A DNA stretch of 64,000 nucleotides from an uncultured Candidatus Saccharibacteria bacterium (GCA_964577565.1 CAZNZL010000001.1:206566-270565), one strand, 5' to 3'. Counted from the first letter of the stretch, positions 35,701 to 44,654 are shown. Notes: generated from the letters alone by a model not told the origin. Numbers and translations: made by a program.

Positions 35701-35717
35701 TTAATTACCGTTGTTGG

Positions 35718-36146
35718 CTAGTTTTCTGGAATATCTTCGACCGACATTATCATTTGCTGACGGAAAAATTGTTTTACATTCTCATCTTTATCGGCACATA
35801 AAGCTTCTATCTTTTCCCGAACAATCTGCGCGCCCTCAGAATCTGTATCTTTTATTTGCCATAAGATACCGGTATATACTCCAGCAAGTGAAATATCATG
35901 ATCCCGAGGGATGAGAATACGTGGAGCTGTTTCGTAAGCTCCTCCCACAAAGTACTGCGCAATATGATCACGTAATCCAGCATATGGCGAAACATCCTCT
36001 AAAGCGCTTAATTGACGCTTTATAACCCACGCTTCATCTGGACTCAATAAAACTGCCTCAGGGCTAATCTCAAAATCTGAGACCTCTAAAAAATCCGGAT
36101 CGCGTTTTCTATCTGCGGGATTAAAACCAGAGAATCTATCTATCAT
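35718..36146 (-). CDS. Hypothetical acidic protein (142 aa), apparently leaderless
   Basis: ORF between nusA and the clpC promoter. A consensus-like promoter ends 6 nt before its ATG. No recognisable domain. Confidence 0.6.
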   Translation of the reverse strand: MIDRFSGFNPADRKRDPDFLEVSDFEISPEAVLLSPDEAWVIKRQLSALEDVSPYAGLRDHIAQYFVGGAYETAPRILIPRDHDISLAGVYTGILWQIKDTDSEGAQIVREKIEALCADKDENVKQFFRQQMIMSVEDIPEN

Positions 36147-36152
36147 AATACT

Positions 36153-36182
36153 ATTTTAGCATAGTTTATCATGTCTTGTCAA
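36153..36182 (-). promoter_or_regulatory. Promoter TTGACA-N18-(TGc)TAAAAT, 6 nt upstream of the ATG at 36146
   Basis: Reverse complement = TTGACAagacatgataaactaTGcTAAAAT, followed by AGTATT and ATG. Confidence 0.6.
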
Positions 36183-36244
36183 GTGCTACATCATTGTACG
36201 TTGCCGTAAACGATAGGTGGCAGAAATGTTTAGTGACAAGTAAT

Positions 36245-37399
36245 TTACTCGCCGTGTTCTTCAATTGCCTCAAGCAAACTACTCTCTAGCTCGCTCTTCT
36301 TCTTGAGTTTTGGCGGTTGCTTCGGGGTGTCCGCTGGTTTTTCTTCAACTTCAGCGGCTTCTTTCTTGCCCTCTATATCGATCTCAAAACCAGTGAGCTT
36401 ACTTGCCAAGCGTACATTTTGACCATTTTTACCAATTGCCACACTCAACTGATCTTCTGGAACAGAAACAACTGCTTTATTTTTAGCCGTATCAATGGTA
36501 ACTTTACCTACTTTAGTCGGGCTTAAGGCGTTAGTAATGTACACAACGGGGTCTTCATTCCACACCACGATATCTATCTTCTCTTGTTCGCCAATTTCGC
36601 TCATGACGGCATTCACACGCGTACCATGACCGCCTACAAATGTACCAACAGGATCCACGCCTGGTACCGTACTGACGACCGCTATCTTACTGCGCACCCC
36701 AGCCTCACGAGCAATACCTTTAATAGCAACAGCGCCGCTTTCCATTTCTGGCACCTCAGCCCTAAATAGCCACTCAACAAATTCAGTATTCCCACGTGAA
36801 AGAATCAGCTGCGGCCCCCGGTTGCCTCGTTCGACATCTTTTAAGAAAACTTTAAGGCGTTGACCAGGGTAGTAATGTTCACCCTGAATTTGCTCACTAA
36901 CAGGTAAAATGCCTTGGGCTTTACCTAAATCAACACGAACAAGCCGACCTTCTACGCGCGAGACAATACCGTTTATAACGGTACCAATTTTATCTTGGTA
37001 TTCGTTCACAATAATCTCACGCTCCGCTTCACGCAATCGCTGCAAAATAACTTGCTTAGCAGTTTGAGCAGCAACGCGGCCAAAGCTGGTAATATCTTGG
37101 TGCAACTCAACTGTTTCGCCTACGGCTGCATTTTTGCGCCTAGCCTGGGCTTCGGTCAACGAAATCTCGTATTCAGGATCATTAACAGTGTCGACAATCT
37201 CTTTCGTTATATATGCATCTACATCACCAGTATGTAAGTTTACACTCACCCGCACTTCTTGTTCTTTATCACCATAATCTCGCTTATAGGCTGCTGCAAG
37301 AGCTTGCTCAACTATTTCTTGAACTGTCTCTTCTGGAAGGTTCTTTTCTTCTGCGATTGCCTTTAGGGCAATAGCCAATTGCTTGATATCTAGTTCCAT
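36245..37399 (-). CDS. nusA: Transcription termination/antitermination factor NusA
   Basis: 384 aa with the N-terminal domain, S1 and two KH domains (GxxG: IGKNGQNVRLA), plus an acidic/Lys-rich tail. Confidence 0.93.
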   Translation of the reverse strand: MELDIKQLAIALKAIAEEKNLPEETVQEIVEQALAAAYKRDYGDKEQEVRVSVNLHTGDVDAYITKEIVDTVNDPEYEISLTEAQARRKNAAVGETVELHQDITSFGRVAAQTAKQVILQRLREAEREIIVNEYQDKIGTVINGIVSRVEGRLVRVDLGKAQGILPVSEQIQGEHYYPGQRLKVFLKDVERGNRGPQLILSRGNTEFVEWLFRAEVPEMESGAVAIKGIAREAGVRSKIAVVSTVPGVDPVGTFVGGHGTRVNAVMSEIGEQEKIDIVVWNEDPVVYITNALSPTKVGKVTIDTAKNKAVVSVPEDQLSVAIGKNGQNVRLASKLTGFEIDIEGKKEAAEVEEKPADTPKQPPKLKKKSELESSLLEAIEEHGE

Positions 37400-37427
37400 A
37401 AATAAGGTCCTTTCGGTCTATTTCATT

Positions 37428-37451
37428 AAAAAAGCCGACCTGCCGGTCGAC
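37428..37451 (-). terminator. Possible leader attenuator upstream of nusA (short GC hairpin plus U6)
   Basis: Leader RNA GUCGACC-GGCA-GGUCGGC followed by UUUUUUAAUG, between the promoter (37465-37493) and the SD GAAAGGA. Confidence 0.3.
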
Positions 37452-37464
37452 GTGTACATAAACT

Positions 37465-37493
37465 ATTGTACCTAAACCTACGTGACTTGTCAA
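37465..37493 (-). promoter_or_regulatory. nusA promoter (TTGACA-N17-TACAAT)
   Basis: Reverse complement = TTGACAagtcacgtaggtttaggTACAAT. Confidence 0.55.
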
Positions 37494-37534
37494 TTTAATG
37501 ACAAACACCTTTCGAGTCATGGTAATCTATAATA

Positions 37535-40102
37535 ATGAGCAAAAAAGCAACCCACCTTGTTAATCAGTTCCGGCCCGATCATTACAGGCTTAATATAGAA
37601 CTTGATAAATCAGCCATGACTTTTCGTGGTACCGTTACAATATCTGGCCATAAGATCGGCCGACCCAGTAAGCGAATTACCTTTCATCAAAAAGATCTTA
37701 CTATTACCGCAGCAAGCATTAAGCGTCATAGCAAACAAGGCACCGAAGAGCTGCCGGTTAGCCGTATTGTTCACCATAAAAGTTATGATGAAATACGACT
37801 GCATACCAATGAGTTAATGCGCAATGGATCTTTTGAGGTTGAACTTACGTTTAATGGAAGTATCACTGATGAAATGGTAGGTATTTACCCGTCGTACTTC
37901 ACGCATAACAACAAAAAAGAAACAATTATTGCAACTCAATTTGAAAGCCACCACGCTCGTGAGGCGTTTCCCTGCATTGATGAACCAAGCGCTAAAGCTA
38001 CCTTTAGCCTTACTGTTACAACAGACAAAAGCGATGTAGTACTTTCTAACACACCGATCAGAAGTAATACGACCTCTAACGGCAAGAACACGGTAATCTT
38101 TGAAACTACACCGCGCATGTCTACCTATTTACTAGCCTTTGTTTCGGGTAATTTGCACGGCGTTAGCTCTACTACAAAAGATGGCATAACGGTAACAAGC
38201 TGGGCTTCAAAAGCAAGAGCCAAGAAGGAACTTGAATATGCAAACCAAGAGGCAGTCAACCTGCTTGAGTTTTACGCCGAGTATTTTGGGGTTCCATACC
38301 CGCTCGCAAAGTGTGACCAGGTAGCCTTACCCGATTTCGATGCCGGCGCCATGGAAAACTGGGGCTTAGTTACTTACCGTGAAATTGCCCTGCTCACTGA
38401 CCCAGACAACCGCTCAATCACTAATGAGCAATATGTTTCTTTGGTTGTGTCACACGAGCTTTCGCATCAATGGTTTGGCAATTTAGTAACCATGAAATGG
38501 TGGGATGATTTATGGCTTAATGAAAGTTTTGCCAGTTTTATGGAGCATTTAGCCCTTGATCGTCTCCATCCCGATTGGCACCAATGGGAGCTATACACAG
38601 CCAGCGACGTACTTAACACGACTAATCGTGACATATATAAAGATATTCAACCCGTCGGAGTAGCAGTAACCGACCCTGACCTTATTGAAACCCTGTTTGA
38701 TCCGGGCATTGTCTACGCAAAAGGCGGACGCTTACTCAAAATGTTGCGAGATTACATTGGCGATGGCGCTTTTAGAACTGGCTTGCAAGCCTACTTTAAG
38801 AAACATGCCTTTAACAATACTAGCCGTGAAGATTTATGGTCAGCTTTATCTGAAGCCAGCCATAAAGATATCTCAGCTTTGATGACTCCCTGGATTACCC
38901 AGTCTGGCATGCCGATACTACGCGTTGACCAAGAAGGTTCGCAGGTGCGGCTTTCTCAAGAGCGCTATGTACTTGATAGCAGTAATGATACAACTGTTTG
39001 GCCGATTCCCCTATTGTCAGAACAAGCATTATCATCATATATGCTCGTTAAAAGAACTGACACACTTCAGCTTAAAGATGAAGCGTTTATCTTAGTAAAT
39101 CACAGAGCAAGTGGTCACTATTTTACCCATTATGTAAACGAAAAACATCGACAGTCTTTGATAAAATCTTTTGCGAATTTACCAACCGAGTCGCGCATTA
39201 ATATTCTAAACGACAGCTATATGCTTGCGCGGGCAGGAGAAGCCTCGCTTGTTGATGGACTACAAATGATTCTTCCCCTACAAAATGAAGGTCGTGATAG
39301 CGTATGGGTGCTGATAAGCCGTATCATCGGAACTGCCAGCCAGCTAACCGAAGGCGACGAACAAACCGAAGACCATATTAAGCAATTTAAAATTACTATG
39401 GCCAGCAAGAAACACCGTGAGCTTGGCTGGAACAATAAACCGGGTGACGACACAAACACCAAACAACTCCGTCATACCATGATTTCATATATGCTTGGCG
39501 GTGAAGATGAAACTGCAATCGCGCACGCCCTAGAACTTTTCGCGCAAGCAGACAATCCGGCAGCAATAGACTCAGAAATAAGAAACAGTGTCTTAAGTGC
39601 TGTGGTGCGTCATGGTAGCTCAGATGATCGTAGCGAGCTGATAGATATATATCCCGAGGCGTCCCCCGACCTTCAACTTGACATTACCTCAGCCCTCACC
39701 AGCACTAAAGATGCTGCGTTTGCTGCATTAATTGTTAAGAATGCGCTCGGCAAGGGTGGCTTCGTGCGAACCCAGGATGTCATGCGTTGGTTGGCCTTAC
39801 TACTTCGAAACCGCTATACACGCCATGTAGCGTGGGATTTTTTAACTACGCAATGGGCTTGGTTAGAGCAGACAATTGGTAAAAGCAAATCATTTGATTT
39901 CTTACCTGTTTATGCCGCTAGCGCAATGAATTCACGCGAGTGGCAGCAAAGATATCGCACTTTCTTTGAGCCAAAACTTGATAACAAAGTACTAGCGCGC
40001 AACATTAAGGTCGGCTTAGCGGACATAGCCTCACGCGTTGCCTGGCGAGACCGCGACGAGTTAGCAATTAAACACTTTCTTCAAGAAATGGTAAAAACGT
40101 AG
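37535..40102 (+). CDS. pepN: M1-family aminopeptidase N
   Basis: 855 aa with the GAMENWG exopeptidase motif and HELSHQWFGNLVTMKWWDDLWLNESFA (HExxH-x18-E). Confidence 0.93.
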   Translation: MSKKATHLVNQFRPDHYRLNIELDKSAMTFRGTVTISGHKIGRPSKRITFHQKDLTITAASIKRHSKQGTEELPVSRIVHHKSYDEIRLHTNELMRNGSFEVELTFNGSITDEMVGIYPSYFTHNNKKETIIATQFESHHAREAFPCIDEPSAKATFSLTVTTDKSDVVLSNTPIRSNTTSNGKNTVIFETTPRMSTYLLAFVSGNLHGVSSTTKDGITVTSWASKARAKKELEYANQEAVNLLEFYAEYFGVPYPLAKCDQVALPDFDAGAMENWGLVTYREIALLTDPDNRSITNEQYVSLVVSHELSHQWFGNLVTMKWWDDLWLNESFASFMEHLALDRLHPDWHQWELYTASDVLNTTNRDIYKDIQPVGVAVTDPDLIETLFDPGIVYAKGGRLLKMLRDYIGDGAFRTGLQAYFKKHAFNNTSREDLWSALSEASHKDISALMTPWITQSGMPILRVDQEGSQVRLSQERYVLDSSNDTTVWPIPLLSEQALSSYMLVKRTDTLQLKDEAFILVNHRASGHYFTHYVNEKHRQSLIKSFANLPTESRINILNDSYMLARAGEASLVDGLQMILPLQNEGRDSVWVLISRIIGTASQLTEGDEQTEDHIKQFKITMASKKHRELGWNNKPGDDTNTKQLRHTMISYMLGGEDETAIAHALELFAQADNPAAIDSEIRNSVLSAVVRHGSSDDRSELIDIYPEASPDLQLDITSALTSTKDAAFAALIVKNALGKGGFVRTQDVMRWLALLLRNRYTRHVAWDFLTTQWAWLEQTIGKSKSFDFLPVYAASAMNSREWQQRYRTFFEPKLDNKVLARNIKVGLADIASRVAWRDRDELAIKHFLQEMVKT

Positions 40103-40421
40103 TGACCTCAAGTTTTAAGCCAGTTACTTCAATGGCACTTAAAGTATAATCACCCGACCATTGCTTACTAGAAATCCAAAACTCAGCTGCAAACTTCATT
40201 TGCTGCAATTTACTACGAGTTATGTAGTCCAAGCCACTTCCCCAATCGTTGTTTTTACGAAATTTAACCTCTACAAAATAGATGGTGGCATCCTTTTTAG
40301 CAATTATATCAATCTCACACCAGCGGGTCCTCCAATTTTGCTCGATAATATCATAACCCAGCTGTTCTAAATGTCTGGCTGCGACTGCTTCTGCCTGTCG
40401 GCCAATACTAAAGGTTGTCAT
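40068..40421 (-). CDS. YraN/UPF0102 family endonuclease-like protein
   Basis: 117 aa. GRQAEAVAARHLEQLGYDIIEQNWR...CEIDIIAKKD..IYFVEVKFR is the typical YraN pattern. It overlaps the pepN 3' end convergently by 35 nt. Confidence 0.8.
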   Translation of the reverse strand: MTTFSIGRQAEAVAARHLEQLGYDIIEQNWRTRWCEIDIIAKKDATIYFVEVKFRKNNDWGSGLDYITRSKLQQMKFAAEFWISSKQWSGDYTLSAIEVTGLKLEVTTFLPFLEESV

Positions 40422-40972
40422 AGATACGCCTGCAATGGTTTATATGACAACCGGTGAAGTGAGGTTACGCCATGGGCTTGAAGTGCATCACGATGTGTTT
40501 TTGTACCATAACCTACATGACTACTAAAGCCATGGTCTGGATAATGGTCATCCTGTGCGGCCATCAGAGCATCACGGGTAACCTTGCCGTAAATGCTCGC
40601 TGCGCTCACAATTGGGTGGAGCGCATCAGCTTTTATCACGCAGCGAACAGCGGTAAATAGCGGGTCGCAGTAGTTAATGTGGCCGTCTAAAATTATCGAT
40701 TCAGCTTCAGTAGCATTTATGGCCTTAAGAGCCCTCAATACTCCTAAACGCATCGCTGCAGTCAATCCTAATGTATCAATCTCAGATGGCTCAACCCAAC
40801 CCTCACCTATTTCACAGGCCGTCTGTATGTCCGGAACCAATTCGGCACGAGCTCGTTTAGTAAGACGTTTTGAGTCTGCTAGGCCAACCGGTAAATCACT
40901 TACTTGACGAGCGGCCACTACCAACAATGGACCTGCCCAGGCACCTCGACCAACCTCATCAATCCCAATCAT
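40418..40972 (-). CDS. rnhB: Ribonuclease HII
   Basis: MIGIDEVGRGAWAGPLLVVA carries the DEVGRG catalytic motif. 184 aa. Confidence 0.92.
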   Translation of the reverse strand: MIGIDEVGRGAWAGPLLVVAARQVSDLPVGLADSKRLTKRARAELVPDIQTACEIGEGWVEPSEIDTLGLTAAMRLGVLRALKAINATEAESIILDGHINYCDPLFTAVRCVIKADALHPIVSAASIYGKVTRDALMAAQDDHYPDHGFSSHVGYGTKTHRDALQAHGVTSLHRLSYKPLQAYL

Positions 40973-40983
40973 AAAATCATAGT

Positions 40984-41015
40984 AACAAAAAACCGCTCCT
41001 TTTTGTGAGCGGTTT
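40984..41015 (-). terminator. Rho-independent terminator after rplS
   Basis: RNA AACCGCUC-ACAAAAAG-GAGCGGUU followed by UUUUGUUAC, 6 nt after the rplS stop. Confidence 0.7.
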
Positions 41016-41020
41016 AAGAT

Positions 41021-41452
41021 TTATTCGGTGGGTGTTTCTTGGTTGGTAGTTTGCGGTTCTGGTTCTGCGGGTTTTTCTTCAACCGTGTTTACGGCCTCTT
41101 TGTCGAAAGCAACGCCCGTTAAACGAGCTGACTTACCAGTAAGCTTTCGCATGTAGCTTAAGTAGTTGCGGCGTACTTTGCTACGCTTGACCACCTCAAC
41201 TTTAATGATAAGCGGCGAATGTAATAAATAACTCTTTTCAACACCAATGCCGCTTGCAATACGCCTAACGGTAATAGATGCTGTGTGGCTACCTTTTCGA
41301 TCAGTACGAATTACCAATCCTTCAAACACCTGTACGCGTTCTTTGTTGCCTTCTTTAATTTTTTGGTGAACACGTACAGTGTCACCAGAATGCACATCAA
41401 CGATCTGGTGCTTCTTATATTTTTCTTCAATTTTCTGTGTAACAGATTGCAT
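41021..41452 (-). CDS. rplS: 50S ribosomal protein L19 (with an acidic/Pro-rich C-terminal extension)
   Basis: HSGDTVRVHQKIKEGNKERVQVFEGLVI...ITVRRIASGIGVEKSYLLHSP is canonical L19. Confidence 0.95.
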   Translation of the reverse strand: MQSVTQKIEEKYKKHQIVDVHSGDTVRVHQKIKEGNKERVQVFEGLVIRTDRKGSHTASITVRRIASGIGVEKSYLLHSPLIIKVEVVKRSKVRRNYLSYMRKLTGKSARLTGVAFDKEAVNTVEEKPAEPEPQTTNQETPTE

Positions 41453-41527
41453 AGACGAATATATTTTACACGCTTTATCTGATTATTGCAACACTAAGAC
41501 ACGCCCTGTTAAAGTTAGCATATGAAA

Positions 41528-41536
41528 TGATATGAT
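41528..41536 (+). promoter_or_regulatory. Extended -10 (TGaTATGAT), 6 nt upstream of the malic enzyme ATG (leaderless configuration)
   Basis: aaaTGaTATGATtaacacATG. No SD. Confidence 0.45.
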
Positions 41537-41542
41537 TAACAC

Positions 41543-42682
41543 ATGACTAAAGATTACTCCCGAGAGGCACTAGACCAACATAAAAAGTTAAAAGGAAAGA
41601 TTAGCGTTACCCTAAACGATAATCTTGACACCAAAGATAAGCTAAGTACGCATTACACTCCTGGAGTTGCCGCCGTCAGTAGCTTTGTAGCAAGCCACCC
41701 CGACAAAGCAAGAGACTATACCTGGCTTAATAATAATGTAGCGGTTATTAGTGACGGGTCAGCAGTATTAGGGCTTGGTAACATCGGGCCCCACGGTGCA
41801 CTGCCAGTTATGGAGGGCAAATGCATGCTCTTTAAACACTTTGCCAATATTGACGCCGTACCGATTGTCTTGAATGTTCATACTCCCGATGAGATTGTTG
41901 CAGCCGTAAAGGCAGTTGCCCCCAGTTTTGGCGGTATTAACTTAGAAGACATTGCCGCTCCGATTTGCTTTGAGGTAGAAGACAGGCTTAAGGGTGAACT
42001 CGATATACCTGTTTTTCACGATGACCAGCACGGAACAGCCATAGTGGTATTAGCTGGCTTGATAAATGCCATGAAGATCACCAATAAGCATTTAGAAGAT
42101 TGTCGAATCGTAGTTGTCGGAGCGGGTGCAGCTGGGACTGCTATTATACGCCTTCTGCATCGTTTTGCGCGTCCAGAAATACTTGCCGTTGATAGTAAAG
42201 GAATCATACATAATGCGCGCAAAGACTTAAATGCAGAGAAAAGCAGTTTACTGCAATTTACTAATCCCGACAACAAGAAAGGTACGTTAGCCGATGCCTT
42301 AAAAGGTGCTGATATTTTTATTGGCGTTTCGCGTGGTGGTTTGCTGACGCAAGACATGGTTCATTCAATGGCAAAAGACCCCATCATATTTGCTATGGCT
42401 AATCCTGTTCCAGAAATTATGCCTGATGAAGCTAACCGCGCGGGGGCAGCTATAATTGCAACCGGTCGAAGTGACTTCCCTAATCAGGTTAATAATGCCC
42501 TGGCTTTTCCCGGTATCTTTAGAGGAGCATTAGACAATCATGTTGGACGCATTACTGAAGAGCATAAAGTAGCCGTTGCTCAAACTATTGCTAGTTTAGT
42601 TGAACACCCAAACCCAGAACATATTATTCCAAGTGTTCTTGACGAACGGCTTGTTTCAGAAATCGCCAAAGTCATAACATAA
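41543..42682 (+). CDS. NAD(P)-dependent malic enzyme (short bacterial form)
   Basis: 379 aa. YTPGVA, VAVISDGSAVLGLGNIG, FGGINLEDI and GAGAAG Rossmann motifs are typical of malic enzymes. Confidence 0.9.
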   Translation: MTKDYSREALDQHKKLKGKISVTLNDNLDTKDKLSTHYTPGVAAVSSFVASHPDKARDYTWLNNNVAVISDGSAVLGLGNIGPHGALPVMEGKCMLFKHFANIDAVPIVLNVHTPDEIVAAVKAVAPSFGGINLEDIAAPICFEVEDRLKGELDIPVFHDDQHGTAIVVLAGLINAMKITNKHLEDCRIVVVGAGAAGTAIIRLLHRFARPEILAVDSKGIIHNARKDLNAEKSSLLQFTNPDNKKGTLADALKGADIFIGVSRGGLLTQDMVHSMAKDPIIFAMANPVPEIMPDEANRAGAAIIATGRSDFPNQVNNALAFPGIFRGALDNHVGRITEEHKVAVAQTIASLVEHPNPEHIIPSVLDERLVSEIAKVIT

Positions 42683-42704
42683 TAATATAGGTCGGGAAGC
42701 TATC

Positions 42705-43043
42705 ATGTCTGAAACAATCAATTTTTGTACACCAGAAGGTCAACAAATTTCATTTGATGAAAGCTGGCTTAATCAAGCAGTATTAGATGATTCTGTTGTG
42801 TTGGCGGGCAGTAATGCCCTTGAGGGTGTCCGATTCGGGGATATGCGCATTGAACTATTTGAAGGTGAATACTGTGGTGATGGGGGTACTGCTCATGGAA
42901 TTGAAGTTTATCCCTTGGATGGTCAGAATAGTCCTGTATTCGTAAATTTAGATAGATATTTTGATATAGAGAATCCCTATCATCTTACTGCGCTTATTCG
43001 GAGTGCCCTTCACGCAAGATCTAGTCAATTAAGTTGTAGTTAA
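42705..43043 (+). CDS. Hypothetical acidic protein (112 aa)
   Basis: ORF 22 nt after the malic enzyme stop. No recognisable domain. Confidence 0.5.
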   Translation: MSETINFCTPEGQQISFDESWLNQAVLDDSVVLAGSNALEGVRFGDMRIELFEGEYCGDGGTAHGIEVYPLDGQNSPVFVNLDRYFDIENPYHLTALIRSALHARSSQLSCS

Positions 43044-43049
43044 TAACTA

Positions 43050-44654
43050 TTAACCAAGGACGCGGCTTACTTCATTAAGCGTCGTTTCGCCGGCACAAAC
43101 TTTCAAAATTGCATCGTGTCGCATTGTTTTCATGCCACTTTTAACAGCCGCTTGTTCTATCTCGGCAGCTGTCGTAGCTTTATTGCCGCCCTGCATGAGC
43201 GACAAAATCTCACCACTCATCAAAAACTGTTCCCGCAGGGCTAGCTGCCCCCTATACCCGTATGGATTATCGGGTGACTCACCTGCCCGGTACAATTGAA
43301 GGCCGTCAAGATTCGGCTTGTCGATGCTTTCAGGCATTGTTAATAAAACAGAGTTAATGTAGCCGATTTCAGCTGGGCTTGGTGTGTAGGCTTGTTTAGT
43401 TGCGTCATCAAGCCGACGAACCAAGCGCTGCGCCATAACCAACCTAATAGCAGAAGCGAACAAGGGGTTGGTACCAATAACGTCAAGTAACCGTGTTAAA
43501 GCTGCAGCTGCCGAACCGGCATGGAAGGTAGACAACACAAGGTGCCCCGTCAATGAAGCCTGCAACGCCGTGCGAGCTGTATCCATGTCTCGAATTTCAC
43601 CCACCATTACGACATCTGGGTCAAGCCGCAGTACCGCACGCAGCTTTTCTGCGAAGCTTATGTCATTAGCCCCTTTACTCGTCACAGAAATTTGGGTGAC
43701 ACCATCAAACTGGTACTCAACCGGATCTTCAATGGTAATAATCTTACGGCTTTCATTGTTTAGCGAATTCAACATTGAATAAAGTGTTGTCGTCTTTCCG
43801 GAGCCTGTCGGTCCAACCGCAAGCACTAGGCCACTCGGTTTTGCGATAATATCATCTACAACCTGACGTTCGACTTTATTCAACCCAAGCTTTTCGAGAC
43901 TGTACATTTCTTGCGACATGTTAAATAGACGCATAACAATGTCCATGCCATTAATTGCCGGTACTGTTTCAATACGAAGATTTACATCAACTTCACCACC
44001 ATCTGCCATACGCACACGTTGGGCGATATGGCCCTGCTGGGCATCATCTGCTTGTGTTGAGATATTAGCCGCACTTGCAATCGCAGATATTAGGATTCTA
44101 TATTTTTCTGGCGGCAATTTAGCGATTGGATGAAGAACGCCATCAATCCTAAACCGTATTCGTATAAAATCGCGCTGACATTCTGTATGAATATCAGACG
44201 CTTTTAGCTTGTGGGCCTGTTGTACTAAATAGGCAAGCATGTCGTCGGCTCGTACCTGCATTAGGGTGGCTGAAACGCGAGCAATTAAATCATCGGTACC
44301 AGCTGTCGTTAGCTCAATATCTTGGTACACGATTTTCTTAGGGGGATCATACAGTTTCATGTATTCTCGGTAACCAGCATCAGAAATTAAAGCAAAAATT
44401 ATTCGTTGGTCAAGAAAACGATGCTTCAGGTCCTTCATTGTAGATTGCGAAGTTGTGTTTGTGACGCCAAAAGTAATGTTATGTTGATCTGCTTGAAGTG
44501 GTATAACTTTTAAGTCGTATAATTCAGCTGCGCTTAATAAATCTTTATATATGGTTTTATTAGGGTTTGCTGAGGTGTCAAAATAGGGCAAGCCCAAAAT
44601 ACGCGCGCGGCGTACTGTCGCTTGTTCTTCATCAAGTCGGGCGTCTTGGCTCAT
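43050..44654 (-). CDS. GspE/PilB-family secretion ATPase (type IV pilus/T2SS assembly ATPase-like)
   Basis: 534 aa with an N-terminal T2SSE_N-like domain, Walker A GPTGSGKTTT, Walker B DPDVVMVGEIRD and a His box GHLVLSTFH. The usual C-terminal tetra-Cys motif is absent. Confidence 0.88.
   Translation of the reverse strand: MSQDARLDEEQATVRRARILGLPYFDTSANPNKTIYKDLLSAAELYDLKVIPLQADQHNITFGVTNTTSQSTMKDLKHRFLDQRIIFALISDAGYREYMKLYDPPKKIVYQDIELTTAGTDDLIARVSATLMQVRADDMLAYLVQQAHKLKASDIHTECQRDFIRIRFRIDGVLHPIAKLPPEKYRILISAIASAANISTQADDAQQGHIAQRVRMADGGEVDVNLRIETVPAINGMDIVMRLFNMSQEMYSLEKLGLNKVERQVVDDIIAKPSGLVLAVGPTGSGKTTTLYSMLNSLNNESRKIITIEDPVEYQFDGVTQISVTSKGANDISFAEKLRAVLRLDPDVVMVGEIRDMDTARTALQASLTGHLVLSTFHAGSAAAALTRLLDVIGTNPLFASAIRLVMAQRLVRRLDDATKQAYTPSPAEIGYINSVLLTMPESIDKPNLDGLQLYRAGESPDNPYGYRGQLALREQFLMSGEILSLMQGGNKATTAAEIEQAAVKSGMKTMRHDAILKVCAGETTLNEVSRVLG

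Noticed and set aside
37308-37520. 70-aa minus-strand ORF upstream of and overlapping the nusA start.
   Set aside because: It spans the nusA promoter, the leader hairpin and the SD, and it is out of frame with nusA. It is most likely a non-coding leader.
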